64,000 nucleotides of DNA from Lama guanicoe. Its lineage: Eukaryota. Both the position numbers and the translations under genes were made by a program. The DNA is taken from assembly GCA_013239625.1 (NCBI GenBank), contig MU053645.1, positions 558,001 through 622,000 on the forward strand. Reading direction: 5' to 3'. Below are positions 12,111-24,010 of this stretch, piece after piece. Under the pieces are notes generated by a model. The model was not told the DNA's origin, did no database searches, and saw only the letters and a program-made list of their open reading frames with translations. The stretch's first letter is position 1. Every line of letters begins with the position of its first letter.

Positions 12111-13624
12111 GATTACACTGGATCACACTGCTTCTCCTGCATCAGAAAAATTAAGCACAGGGGGATAAGCAGTTTTTCAAGGTGTTGTCTAATGAGAGAG
12201 TCAGTCACTGGTTAGTTGGCCAAAACTTGAAGGTAGAAAATTCCCCAGGTATCAAATTCTTCTTAGGAAATACCCACTGATAGTAGAGTGATGTTTGTTA
12301 AAACCAGATGGTTTGTGACTCATCACTTTTCTGACAACATACTGACTTGCAGTTAGCGAATGCTAGCCTTCCCTATTCTATTGTCATTTTATATTATTTG
12401 ATAGAGAATCTAAATCAAATTTGATGGAGTCAGCTTAAACTTTTCAACATTGCTAGTTTCAATCTAGGGTACAGATAGATATTAAAAGTTTATACACATG
12501 TCTGCCAGCTGTTCTGTTGCCCCTCTACTTAATTACATTATCATCTGTTACTGTCAACAGAAAAGTCAGATATCTTTGTTTCTTTTCTTCACACATTTTC
12601 ATAAATATTCGAAAGAATTCCCATCACATACCATAAACAATGACTTACAATTGTTATGAAACCTAATACTTGTGTGAAATTTTGAGGGAAAAGACTAGAA
12701 AAGTGCTGAATTTGTGCTTCTGGCAAGAAGTAGACTTAGAGGTAATAATCTCATCCTGCATGTCAACTGACCCAAACTCTAAAGGTAAATGGTATCATCA
12801 GGTCCTGAATGAATTAGTGTGAACTTTAGAAACTATTCATAGAGCTGTTCAGGAAAAAAAGAGATGCTACAGTTTTAGAGGAAAGTGATTCCCAGTAATG
12901 AATGATATTCAGTCTTCGGTAGGCCTTCCTCTAAGGGCAATTGTCCAGGAATATCCATTTTTCACAAGTGATAAAATTCAGCAGATGTTTTTAAAGGTAA
13001 ACAAAATAAATGTATCAAATTATATAAGCACTACATTATTAAGTACTCTTGTTTGTTTGTGCCCATGTGATTTCAGAAAAACCCTATAAACCAATGTAAG
13101 CTTGGCTAAAAAGTCTTTTTAAAATGCAGTCGTCTCTTTCTTTCGACAATATGTTAATATAAAGAGAAAAAGATCTGGAACTACTGGATTTTTAAAAATC
13201 TGATTTGTTTGTGGATACTGTCTGACCCTAGTTTGAAGACACTTATTACTTGAATTTTGTGCAACTATTCTTATCTCATGAATTTTTTTAGTAAATGTGA
13301 TGTGTTAAATATGTAACCAAATGTGATTTTATTTTAACACATTTATAAGACTTTCTACATCAAGCAAATTCAAAAATCAGGAAAAGAAAAATGATGTTAT
13401 ATAATGCACTCGAATTTTTGGTTCAGAGAATACAGTTATCAATACTTCACTGGGTCTGATGACAGGAAGAAAAGAAAAGCCATAGTTAAAGTACAACTTT
13501 GCCCTACGTGTTGCCAAAACACACAGATATAGGCATCTTAGCAGTGGGAAAACACCAGGAAAATATTGTCTTATGGACTCAAAGAGAGTCTAGAGCTACT
13601 TCTTACCACTGACCTGAGGTCAAT

Positions 13625-14838
13625 AAGAAATCACCAAGAGAGTCAACCAACATGGCAAAGAGAAGTCCAGGATGAGACAGCTTCACTGGTGAAGCATACC
13701 AAATGTTTAAAAAAGAACTGTTATCAATCCTTCTCAAACTCTTTCAAAAAATAGAATAGGAGGAAACACTTCAAAACTCATTTTATGAGGCCAGCATTAC
13801 CATAATACCAAAGCTAGAGAAGGACATTACAAGAAAAGAAAGTTACAAGTCAGTATACTGAAATTTTACACATACATACATATACACACTAAATATATAC
13901 TGAATATGAATGCAAACTGAATTCAAAAATACATTAAGAGGATCATACACCATGATCAAGTACAATTTATTCCAGGGGGTGTAGGGATTATTCAACATCC
14001 ACAAATCAGTAAATGTGAATGAATATGATCCACTACATTAACAAAATGAAGAATAAAAGTTCTGTGATCACCTCATAGATGCAGAAAAAGCATTTGACAA
14101 AATCCAACATCTTTTCAGGATAAAAACTCTCAATAAACCAGATATAGAGGGAATGTACCTCAACACAATAAAATCCATTTATAGCAAGCCCACAGTTAAC
14201 GTCATTCTCAACAGTGAGAAACTAAAAGCTTTCCCTCTAAGGTTAGGACCAAGACAAGGATACCCACGCTTGCCACTTTTATTCAACATACTATTAGAAG
14301 TCCTAGCCAGATATATTAGGCTAATAACAATAATAATAACAACAACAACAATAATAATAAATGTAATCCAAATCAGAAAGGAAAAAGCAAATTTGTCTCT
14401 TTCTATAGATGATATATATATATATATACATATATACATATATATATATATATAAAACCCTAAAGACTCCAACAAAAAATATTAGAACTAATAAACTTAA
14501 TAAAGTTGCAGGATACAAAATCAATATACAAAAATTGATTGCTTTTCTATACACCAACAATAAATGATCAGAAAGAGAAATTAAGAAAACAATCCCATTT
14601 ACAAGAGCATCAGAAAGAATAAAGCAAAGGAAACGATCAACAAAATTAAAAGGCAACAAAGAAATGGTAGAAAATATTTGCAAATCATACATCTGATAAG
14701 AGGTTAATATCCAAAATGTACAAAGAACTCATACAACTCAATAACAAAAAGCAAATAATCCAATTAAAAACTAGGCAAAGGATTTGAATAGGCATTTTAT
14801 CAAAGAAGACATACAAATGGCCATCACATGCATGAAAA
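13625..14838 (+). mobile_element. L1 ORF2 (reverse transcriptase) fragment, decayed, with an internal deletion near 14620-14650
   Basis: ORF 14153-14455 reads [50 protein letters not shown], which is L1 ORF2p RT; (AAT/AAC)n and (TA)n tracts inside. Confidence 0.93.
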
Positions 14839-15282
14839 AGTAGTAGTTCTATTTTTAATTTTTGGAGGAACATCCATACTGTTTTCCATCATGGCCTGAC
14901 CATTCTACATTCCCACGGGCAGTGAACAAGGGTCCAATTTCTCTACATCCATACTAACACTTGCTGTTATCTTATGAGCTTTTTCTTTATACAATAGCCA
15001 TTCTAACAGGTGTGAGGTAATATCTTACTCTAGTTTTGATCTGCATTTCCCTGATGATTAGTGTAGCTGAACATCTTTTTGGATACTTTGTAGCCATTTG
15101 TGTGTCTTGTTTGGAGAGATGTCTATTCAAGTCCTTGGCTCATTTTTTTAAGTCAGGTTTTTTGTGGGTTGTTTTGTTTTTGCCTTTGCTATTTAGTTGA
15201 AGGAGATTCTATATATTTTTAGATATCAACTCATCATCTTCAGATAGATGGTTTATAAATATTTCTCCCTATTCTGTAGGTT
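14839..15282 (-). mobile_element. L1 ORF2 3' fragment, opposite orientation
   Basis: 'ccatactgttttcc', 'gccattctaacaggtgtgaggt', 'tgcatttccctgatgattag' are antisense L1. Confidence 0.9.
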
Positions 15283-15283
15283 A

Positions 15284-15694
15284 GAAATGTATTATGCTAT
15301 AGATTTGTAAGTCACAAGTCTGACATGGGTCTCATTTGGACTAAAATCACAGTGTTGGCAGGGCTGCATTCCCTTCTTGATACTTTGGGGTACAGTCTGT
15401 TTCCTTTCCTTTTCCACCTTCTAGCAGGTGTCATGTTCCTTGGCTAGCATTCCCCTTTCTCCATTTTCAAAGCCAACGACAGTAAGTTGAACCCATCTCA
15501 TGTTACATCCCATCACGCTGACCTATTCTGCCTTCTTCCACTTGTAAGGACTCATGATTACATTGGGTACACTCAGGTAATATAGGTTAATTGCATCCGC
15601 AATTTAAATTTACCTTTGTCATGCAAGATAACATGATCCCAGGTTTAAGGGATTAGGATAGAAACATCTTTTGAGGAAGCATTATTCTACCACA
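15284..15694 (-). mobile_element. MaLR LTR (MLT1D-like), truncated
   Basis: 'ggactaaaatcacagtgttggcagggctgcattcc', 'gattacattggg', end 'cattattctaccaca'. Confidence 0.85.
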
Positions 15695-16493
15695 GGGGGT
15701 AAAGTTAAGCACACCAAGCAGAATCCATTTGGTTTTCATACAAAACTCATATTTAGAATTTTGTAAGGTGTGTTAAGTGAGATGTTGGTGGGTATAATGC
15801 ACACATACATACACAAATGCATGCTTCATATGCACACACATGTACACAAAACACAAATTCCCACACAAATTATTCCATGATGAAATATGTTAAGGAAATG
15901 ATTAATTAACCAAAATTCAATAGGTTTATTCATTACATGACATTACAGATATTGATGGACTAATTAATATTCACTATACAACTCCAAGATGGGAAGAGGG
16001 TATGAGGCTTTTCCTAATCTTAACGGATTATAAAACTCTTGTTTGTGAGTGTATCTTGCTGGACTTCTAGGAAACACTACCCTAAGGTTTTTGACATCTA
16101 GTTCCAGTTGCTTATAGAAACCAGATACTAATAAAGTCCACTGGATAACAGTTCGATTTGTCTATTCTGTGGCTGCAAACTACATTTACTAATTGATTCC
16201 CCCCTTTGAAATGTTTGTCATTGGTTACTAGCTTACTGCTCTGACTCAGTAGAACTTGGAGGCATGGCATACACAAATAAACCTGTGCTTATATCTCTTA
16301 CTTTATGAAATCACACACGATTTATGTATTTTCAAACATGTTAACTCACGAGAAAATTCTGTTATTTTTTGTCATCCAGAGGCTCCAAATGAGGCCCAGT
16401 TTTTATAAAGAGCAATCATCTTCTCTCCGGTTTATGTCCACAGTCCTTGTCCCAGTCTATAATTCCCAGATTGGCAATGAAAAGTTGGCTTTT

Positions 16494-16660
16494 TTAAAAA
16501 AAACTTTTTCCTGACTTTTAAATATTTTATTTTACTTTATTTTGGAGGGGAAGGTAATTAGGTTTATTTATTTACTTATTTATCGGAGGTACTGGGGATT
16601 GAAACTAGGAGCTCCTGCATGTCAAGCACGTGCTCTATCACTGAGCTATACCCTCCCCCT
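16494..16660 (-). mobile_element. tRNA-derived camelid SINE (Vic-1-like)
   Basis: Reverse complement ggggagggtatagctcagtgatagagcacgtgc..tttcaatccccagtacctcc..aataaataaacctaattacc plus A-rich tail; degenerate TSD aaaag(t/c)tggc(t/c)tttt. Confidence 0.9.
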
Positions 16661-16704
16661 CTAAAAGCTGGCCTTTTGTCATTAAGTTACTTGAACTTTT
16701 ACCA

Positions 16705-17028
16705 TGGTTGGCTCATTCATTTACCCCAGTTCTCAGCCTAAATGTCACTTCTTCAGTGAGGTTTTCTTTGATGACTCCATATGAAGTAGTTTCCCTCAGC
16801 TAGTTTATATCATATTATTTTGTTCTTTTCCTTCATATAAATTATCATCATTTATGAACACCTTATATATTTGTGTTCTTACCTAGTAATTGTCTCTTTA
16901 CCCAATGAAAGTGTAAGCTCTGTGAGGGCGAGGACTTTGTCAGTCTTGTTTACTGCTGTATCTTCAGTGCCTAGAATTGTGCCTGACACAAAGCAGTCAA
17001 TAAATATATAATGACTAAATGAATGAAT
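16705..17028 (+). mobile_element. L2a 3' end
   Basis: 'aaatgtcacttcttcagtgagg', 'gtaagctctgtgagggcgaggactttgtc', terminal 'aatgaatgaat'. Confidence 0.9.
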
Positions 17029-19049
17029 CCCTATTTTATGTGTTAGGAAGAAGCAGCTGGTACTAAGGCAAAATTACTTGCCTAACGTCACCAAGTCTCT
17101 TTGTGATACAGCTAAAACCATACCTGTTGCTTGCTAATGCTTAGAGAGGTGTCCTTTGCTTTACAGGACATGATTTGCTAATTACTGGTCCGTTGATCTA
17201 TTGTGATTTAGTTGCCAGTTACTAGTCAATACTTTCTCCCACTGCTTTGAGAATGAATCTGTAAGCACTGCTGCTTGATCAATGCATAAATCTCCCAGGG
17301 TTGGACATAGGTAGAGAGGAATGGGAAAGTTCACATTTCTACCTTTTTAGAAGTCATCAGTAAAAAAATGATTTCCCTTTTTTCCTTTTCTGCCAGCTCC
17401 TGAGGGACAGTTTGTGTGTGGCCCCACAATTGCTTCTAATTTCTGAATCCTAAGAGCGTCTACTGAATAATTTTTTTTCTTTCAGAGCTGGCAAACATTA
17501 GCTACTTGAAGTAAATTTAAGCAAGTATTAATGTGAAATTCAAACACAGGTTTGCATTAATTTTGACGAAAGACAAAGAAAGGATTAGATGGTTAAAGCA
17601 AAGTGATGTGAATAACATAGCCCTACATCTATGGTTTATGACTGTTATTAGCTTTGGTCACTATTTCAGAAATCAGTTACTTATGCAAATCTTGCCAATA
17701 TGATATCTGAAGAGGACTCTAATGTTGATGGTAGTCCCAAATATTGAATGGAATCTAACCGTGGGCCTAGTACTGTCAAGGTTGCTAAATAGGGTCTGGA
17801 AAAAATAAAATATAACCCTCTCTTGCACACAGGGAGCTTCTGAGTCTCATCTTTCCTTGGGACAAAATAATGAAAGTTAGCTTTATAGAGGGTCAGTGGC
17901 TGTTTAAGGCAGCAGTACTTTCCAATAGAACAGATGGTTTTCAAAGGCCGCTCTTCAGAGCACAGTTGATCAATGACAGTGGCTGGGCCCCAGTGGGATT
18001 GAGACCTCATTAGGAATCTCCTTCTTCACTAAAGCTGCTTCCCCTTAATATGTTTTCATAATGAGATTCAGTTTTAAATTGTTTTAATAGAAATGGTTCC
18101 ACTACTAAAAGGGGAATACAAGTAAAACAGATAATTCTCAACTTTTGTGAAGTCCAAATACTACCATTTTGATTTGACATTTTGTGCTTCTCTTATGTGC
18201 TAAGTGTTTCTTCAATATTAACATTAAATAAATTAAAATTAAATTTGTAATCAATATTTTAGAAAATTGAGATAATTAGAGAGTGCTAAGAAAGTTTCAA
18301 TACTAGGGCTGATAAACGTAACACTATCAAACCCACTTGTGAAATGGATTTAAAGACTGCCCAGACATATTAAAATTCCTTTTCAAAATGAACTCAAACA
18401 TTAGTGCAACTTTAGTTATTATATTATTCATTTCTACCATCCACACCATCCATCATCGCGGGCACAGTTTTTTAAATCAGATGTTCCCATTGCATGTATA
18501 TGGTGGGGGAGAGGTAGAGGAGAGTAATAAGAGACTTATCCTGATATTAATCTTTGCTTTGAAAAACAGTCTCATGATACATTATTTTGACCTTCTCAGT
18601 ATTGTATGTTTTGACTTGATAGCCATTCCACCTCTTTTCCACAGTTCACTGAGGCTGTAAACAAGAGAAGATGTACAATGGCATACCCTGAAAATTATAC
18701 ATTGTTGAAAAGGTCAATATAGTAGAGGCGAATGTTACTATTCGTAATTTACAGAATATATGAGGCATTCAAATTCAAATAACTCATTCTCTTGACAGAC
18801 AGAGTAAGAATAACATAAAATGGCACAACATGAATCCATTTGGGAAACAGGCAGAAGAAATAAAACATAGCCGCAGCCCAATTTCTTTCTTCATTTCCTA
18901 AAATGATACTCCATTTACTTATTCTTCCACAGGCACTAAAAACCCATGAGACTGTGGGGAAAACAAGTTACATTTCCTTCAAATGTTAGCTTGAAAAATG
19001 TTCAATGAAGGAAAATTCGAGAGTAGATCACATTGTGCCACACAATGAG

Positions 19050-19230
19050 ATAGCAGGAACGTAGGGTAAAAAGCACTGGCCGACTTAACTGTACCTCAGA
19101 TATCATGTCCTAATTAGCTGTATGACCTTAAAATGCCATTTTTCTTTTCTGACTTTGAGTTTCCTCATGTGAAAAACAATGCGATTGGATCAGAAGCTCT
19201 CTTAGGATCTCCCTAGCTTCTAATATTCTG
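19050..19230 (+). mobile_element. MIR (MIR3-like)
   Basis: 'aattagctgtatgacctt..gtttcctcatgtgaaaa..ttggatcag..ctagcttctaatattct'. Confidence 0.65.
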
Positions 19231-19284
19231 ACTTCTCATTTGATCTCAGGATTTGTAATCCAAATCTCATTTCAGACTTACCCA

Positions 19285-19803
19285 TGGAGGTAGATTGTTA
19301 CCAAAGATTGCCACCAACAGTTATGTACGCGGAGGTTCTCCTTTTGAGAGGTGGAATCGTTCACTTTCCCCTTGAATTTGGGCTTCTCTTGTGACATTCT
19401 CTGACCAATAGAATATGGTGAAAAGTGAAGCCTACTCCAGGCCTAGTTTTTAAGAGGCTTGATATCTTCTGCCTGTCTTAGAAGAGAGTTGCTAAGTAAA
19501 GAAACTCGGACTAAAAATCTGAGTAATTAAATATCATGTGGAAAGAAAGAAGCTACATGGATGAGAAATGGGGTGCTTTTGACAGAGGTCAGCACCAAGG
19601 CCCCAGAAATGTGAGTGAGGCCACGATGGATGTTCCAGGCTCAGCCAAGCTGTCAGCTGAATGCAACTGCATGAATGACCACAGCAGAACTCATGTGCAG
19701 CAACAGAACCACCCAGATGCCTACAGCACCATAATAAATAATTATTGTTTTTAAGCCACTATATTTTGGGGGGTGTTTGTCACAGAGTAATATATAATTG
19801 AAA
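19285..19803 (+). mobile_element. MaLR LTR (MLT1G/H-like)
   Basis: 'tgaccaatagaat', 'tgtgagtgaggcca', 'cagctgaatgcaactgcatgaatgac', 'gtttttaagccacta'. Confidence 0.85.
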
Positions 19804-19809
19804 TTCCCA

Positions 19810-20780
19810 CTTTAGTAAATAACATCTCTACTCAATTGTTCAATTCAAAAACCTGGGAAGATTTTCAGTGCATGACCTTTCCCACCACCCCATATTCAAT
19901 CCATTACCAAGTCCACTAAACGGCAAGCTTCTTGAAGACAGGAACCATGTCTCTCTTGCTCACTTCTCCATCTCCAGCACTTAACACAGCATCTGAGACA
20001 TAGCAGGTTAATTTAAGGAAAGTGCTATTGATCTTACCTCCACCAACTGATTCACCTTCATCTCTTGCCTAAAAATACTACAACAGCCTTTTAACTAAGG
20101 TCCACACTAAAAGAAGCTGGGTGAATGATACACAGGAACTCTGTCCTAATTTTGCAACCTTTCTGTAAGTGTAAAATTAGTCCAAAATAAAAAGTTTAAA
20201 ATATAGATATATGTATATAAATTGCATGATGAGACGTTTTGTTTATGTTTCTTGTATACAATATTATATCTTGACATCTGTATACAAGACTTCTTTGATT
20301 AGAATGCTCCTATGAGGTTTTGCATAATGTGACAATTCCTTACCTTTCCGATGTCACTTCATGCCATCCCTATTTCCACTGCCAAGGATTACAATGCTCA
20401 AGCTACACCAGATTTAAGTCTCTCAAATATTTCCAGCTTCTTCCCCTCTGCAGGACCTTAACATATGCAATGCCCTTTCCATGAAACACATTTCCCTCAA
20501 TTTTCACGTGGTGTCTCCACCTCATCTTTTAAGTCTCAGCTTCTAAACTTTCTGAAACTATACACCTCTACCCATTCACAGTCTTATTGATATTCTCATG
20601 GAACTCTCTTCTTCCCATAATACTTAATCACAATAAGTAATTTTACATTCATTTACTTAACCTCTGTCTCCCGTTAGACAATAATCACCTGGACAAACCA
20701 TATCCATCTTATATTCACAGTATATAAAACAGTGCCTGTACATCATTAGCATTCAATAACACTTTGTTGAATGAGTTAAA
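19810..20780 (+). mobile_element. Fragmented L2 pieces with a short L1MC-type 3' end at ~20113-20200
   Basis: 'tcaatccattaccaagtcc', 'aagcttcttgaagacaggaaccatgtct', end 'ttgttgaatgagt'; L1 'ttttgcaacctttctgtaagtgtaaaatt..aaaataaaaagttt'. Confidence 0.7.
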
Positions 20781-21961
20781 TCTAATGGATCCTCACTTAA
20801 ATAATCTATTGTCTTAGTATTCAGTGCTAATTAAAGTCTATGCAAATTAGAATACATTGGCAAAGGCCACATTTGTGGCCATGAAAGAGGACCTTCAGGT
20901 AAGGAAGGGAAGGGGAGAGGTTATTTTACGGCTCTAGACAGAACAAAAACTAAACCATCCCATACAACTACACCGGCACTAAAAGGTTCTAGGGATCACA
21001 ACAGAAGTAAATGCTACACGTTTACTTACTGGACCATAGTAATACTACATTTATTTATTCAGCACTTTTTGATCACCTGTTGTCTTAACTGCCTATTGTC
21101 TACACTGACTACACATGTCATTTACACTGTTCTATACCAGATGCTAGAAGGAAGACCCAGGATGCATCATATGTTTAGACTAAAATAAATCCCAATGATC
21201 CACAGTAATACACAACTCCCATTCCTACACAGCAATAATACAGAAATTCACTTTATACTTACCTGTGATCTATCTACAGGAAAATAATAGATGAGTGTCA
21301 CCTATTTTGCTCCATTTTCCAAGCTACCCCTTTTTGCTACCATTTTTTGGGCTAAGATGAGAAACAAACATAACCCTGAAATTGCACTCATTTACTAAAC
21401 CACTTCGATCATGTACGTGTATCCTTAAGATGAAGGCCAGATTTTGCTCTCCTTGGTGCTATGTTATAATAAACGATTTTTATTCAATTTTTTTCTGATC
21501 TATAAACTGATATTGCTCCATAAATACAAACTCTATAAACACATCAGGATCTCTGAAATTTCCCAGTGATGAGGAAATATTTCTGTCAAGGGAGACAGCC
21601 AAAATGAGTAAGCCCTTATGGCCCTAGACAGGGAAGAAAAAAACAATACTTAAAGCCCAATTTTGAAAGCGGCTTCAAATATACGCAAGGATTTCCTCTC
21701 CTGGACTTGGTAAGCTAGACTTGTAGATTCAGCACTGAGACCACAACCTATTTTTAGACAAGACTTCCTTCTTAAGATCTGTGCAAGACTGGCCTACGTG
21801 CTTATCTAACAATTTATCTTTCCAGAAGCCACCAATGATATGAAAATTCAAGTGTCCAGGCTTCCAAACGTTCAGATTTTAGTACATCAAACTTATTTGT
21901 CACTGAAGATTTTACTTCTCATCTAGATATTCACTGTCATATGGATATTAATGTAAGCAGG

Positions 21962-22424
21962 TGTGGCGTTATCGATTAAACTGTGTCCCCAAAAAGCTAT
22001 GTACCTTAACCCCTGGCATCTATGAATGTGACCTTATTGGGAAATAGGGGCTTTGTAGAGTTGAGACAAGGTTATATTAGATTATGATGAGACCTATAAT
22101 TCAATCAATGATGCCCTTATAAAAAGAGGGAAATGTAGACATCAAAAGAGACACAGGCAGGGAAAGAACAGAATGTGGTAACAGAGACAGAGATTGAAGT
22201 GATTCATTCACCAGGCAAGGGACACCAAGTGTTACTGGCAACTGCCAGAAGCTAGGAGAGAGACATGAACCAGAGTCTCCCTCACATCCTCAAAAGGGAA
22301 CCAATACTGCTGACAGCTTGATTTCAGAATTCTAGTCTCTGGAACAGTGAGACAATACATTTCCGTTGTTTTAAGACACTCAGTTTGTGGCACTTTGTTA
22401 CAGCAGACCCAAGAAATTAGTGCA
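21962..22424 (+). mobile_element. MaLR LTR (MLT1B/C-like)
   Basis: 'atgaatgtgaccttattgggaaatagg', 'ccagaagctaggagaga', 'gttgttttaagacactcagtttgtggcactttgttacagcag'. Confidence 0.9.
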
Positions 22425-23459
22425 TGTAGTAAGGCTAAGGGTGGCTATGTCAGAGTAAAATGCAACCAGCCCAACTACATAGGATGCGCCACTATATTCT
22501 TGTGATAAATACTCAGAGAGATATTGCTAATTTTTCAGGCTCAGTCAAAACCATTGTGTACTTTTCACTATTCAATACAGAAACTGATTTCTTTCTTTTT
22601 TTCCTCTTACTTAGTAAACTGGAAATTCTGGTCTACCATGACTGAAGAAAGTTAATACACTTCAAACATTACACAACATAGTTGCCTTTCCGTGATTGAA
22701 GTAGCCCAATTAATTCACTGGGAACTATTTCAAAAGCTCAATATTTGGAAACACCATCACATTTCCCAAGGAGAAGTACAAATAAACTAAATAATTAAAA
22801 TGATGGCATTAAAAAAGTTCAGATCCTTTCATTATGGAATGCTTATCTTGGATTTAAGAGATGGCTCTGATTTGTGGGTTTGAGAAGTAAATGATCCAGA
22901 ACTTTCCTAGAGAGGGAGAAGAATATGGTGGAAAAGGTATGTTTCTCCATATTTCTGCTTTGACTATACTAATCATGAGATCTCAAGGCTGCTATTATTT
23001 ATGATTTCTGTGCTTCTGTATAATTTAAATTGGTCGTACTGTTTGCAAATTCCAAGAAAATGTGCAGCTCTTGACCACAGAAAGCAGTTAATGAAAACAA
23101 AACCATTAGCTACTAAAGAGGAAATCAAAAGTTGAAGGCCGTTCCCACACCAATACCACAAGCAGATAAAAGAAGCCTTAAATCAGGTATTTGTTGTCAG
23201 GCGGACCAATTTTTTTTAAATGCTTAGCTAACTGAACTTGTACTTTGAATAAAAGAAAAAACCCCACTGAATTTGGTCAGCGTGGTTTGTGTGGGTTGAT
23301 AGGACCTAAATCTTATCAAAAATCTAAAACTGGTAGTTAGCCCTGGAAATCTAGACACTATTAAGCCTCTTTTCTCAAAGGCAAAAAATGAATGGTGTAT
23401 TTATTACTGACCATGGAATAAATGATTACGGGGCTCTTTCATGTAGCAATTCCCGTGTA

Positions 23460-24010
23460 AAAGGTTTGGGGATTTAGCCGACCACAAGTTTAAAATCCCG
23501 GCCAACAGTGTAATGTGGCTGCTGAATAAGCTCATGCAATCTCAAGCTACATTTATAATAATAATGATACCTTCCATGAGCATGCTGCTTTACATTGTGT
23601 AAAGCGCTTTCATACAGATGATCTCATTTTACATAGTGACCAGATTACAGGATGTCAGTAGCCTATTCTCTACAAGAGTTAGGCCACATTGGTATACAGT
23701 CTCATATTTTAAGAAGTACACTGACACCCTTCATTATCCAGGGGAGGGTAGCCATAATAGTATAAACTTCCTATAAGAAATCATTACCAACTGGAAATAC
23801 TTATCCTAAAGAAGACAAGATGTTGGGGAAATCTGCTACTTTATTCAAATATTTGAAGGGATTAATGGAAGAAAAGAGATTTACTCCGTCTTATTACAAG
23901 AGAGAGATCATGGCTCAGAATAAAGAACTTTCTAGTGACTAGAATTGTGTAACTGAACAGGCTGCCTTGTGAAGACAGTGAATGTTCCCCTGTCACAGAA
24001 CTCTCTTCTA
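23460..24010 (+). mobile_element. L3/CR1 LINE 3' region, with a MIR fragment at ~23558-23630
   Basis: 'gccaacagtgtaatgtggctgc', 'ttcaaatatttgaaggg', 'aagaactttcta', 'aggctgccttgtga..gtgaatgttcccctgtcac'. Confidence 0.7.

Noticed and set aside
14153..14455. 100-aa ORF with clear reverse transcriptase similarity
   Set aside because: It is a decayed L1 ORF2 fragment that runs into microsatellites, not a host gene or a novel RT system.
17465..17520. Plus-strand acceptor ttttttttctttcag| with a possible 25-nt exon
   Set aside because: The donor (GAA|gtaaat) is weak, the length is not frame-preserving and there are no supporting neighbouring exons.
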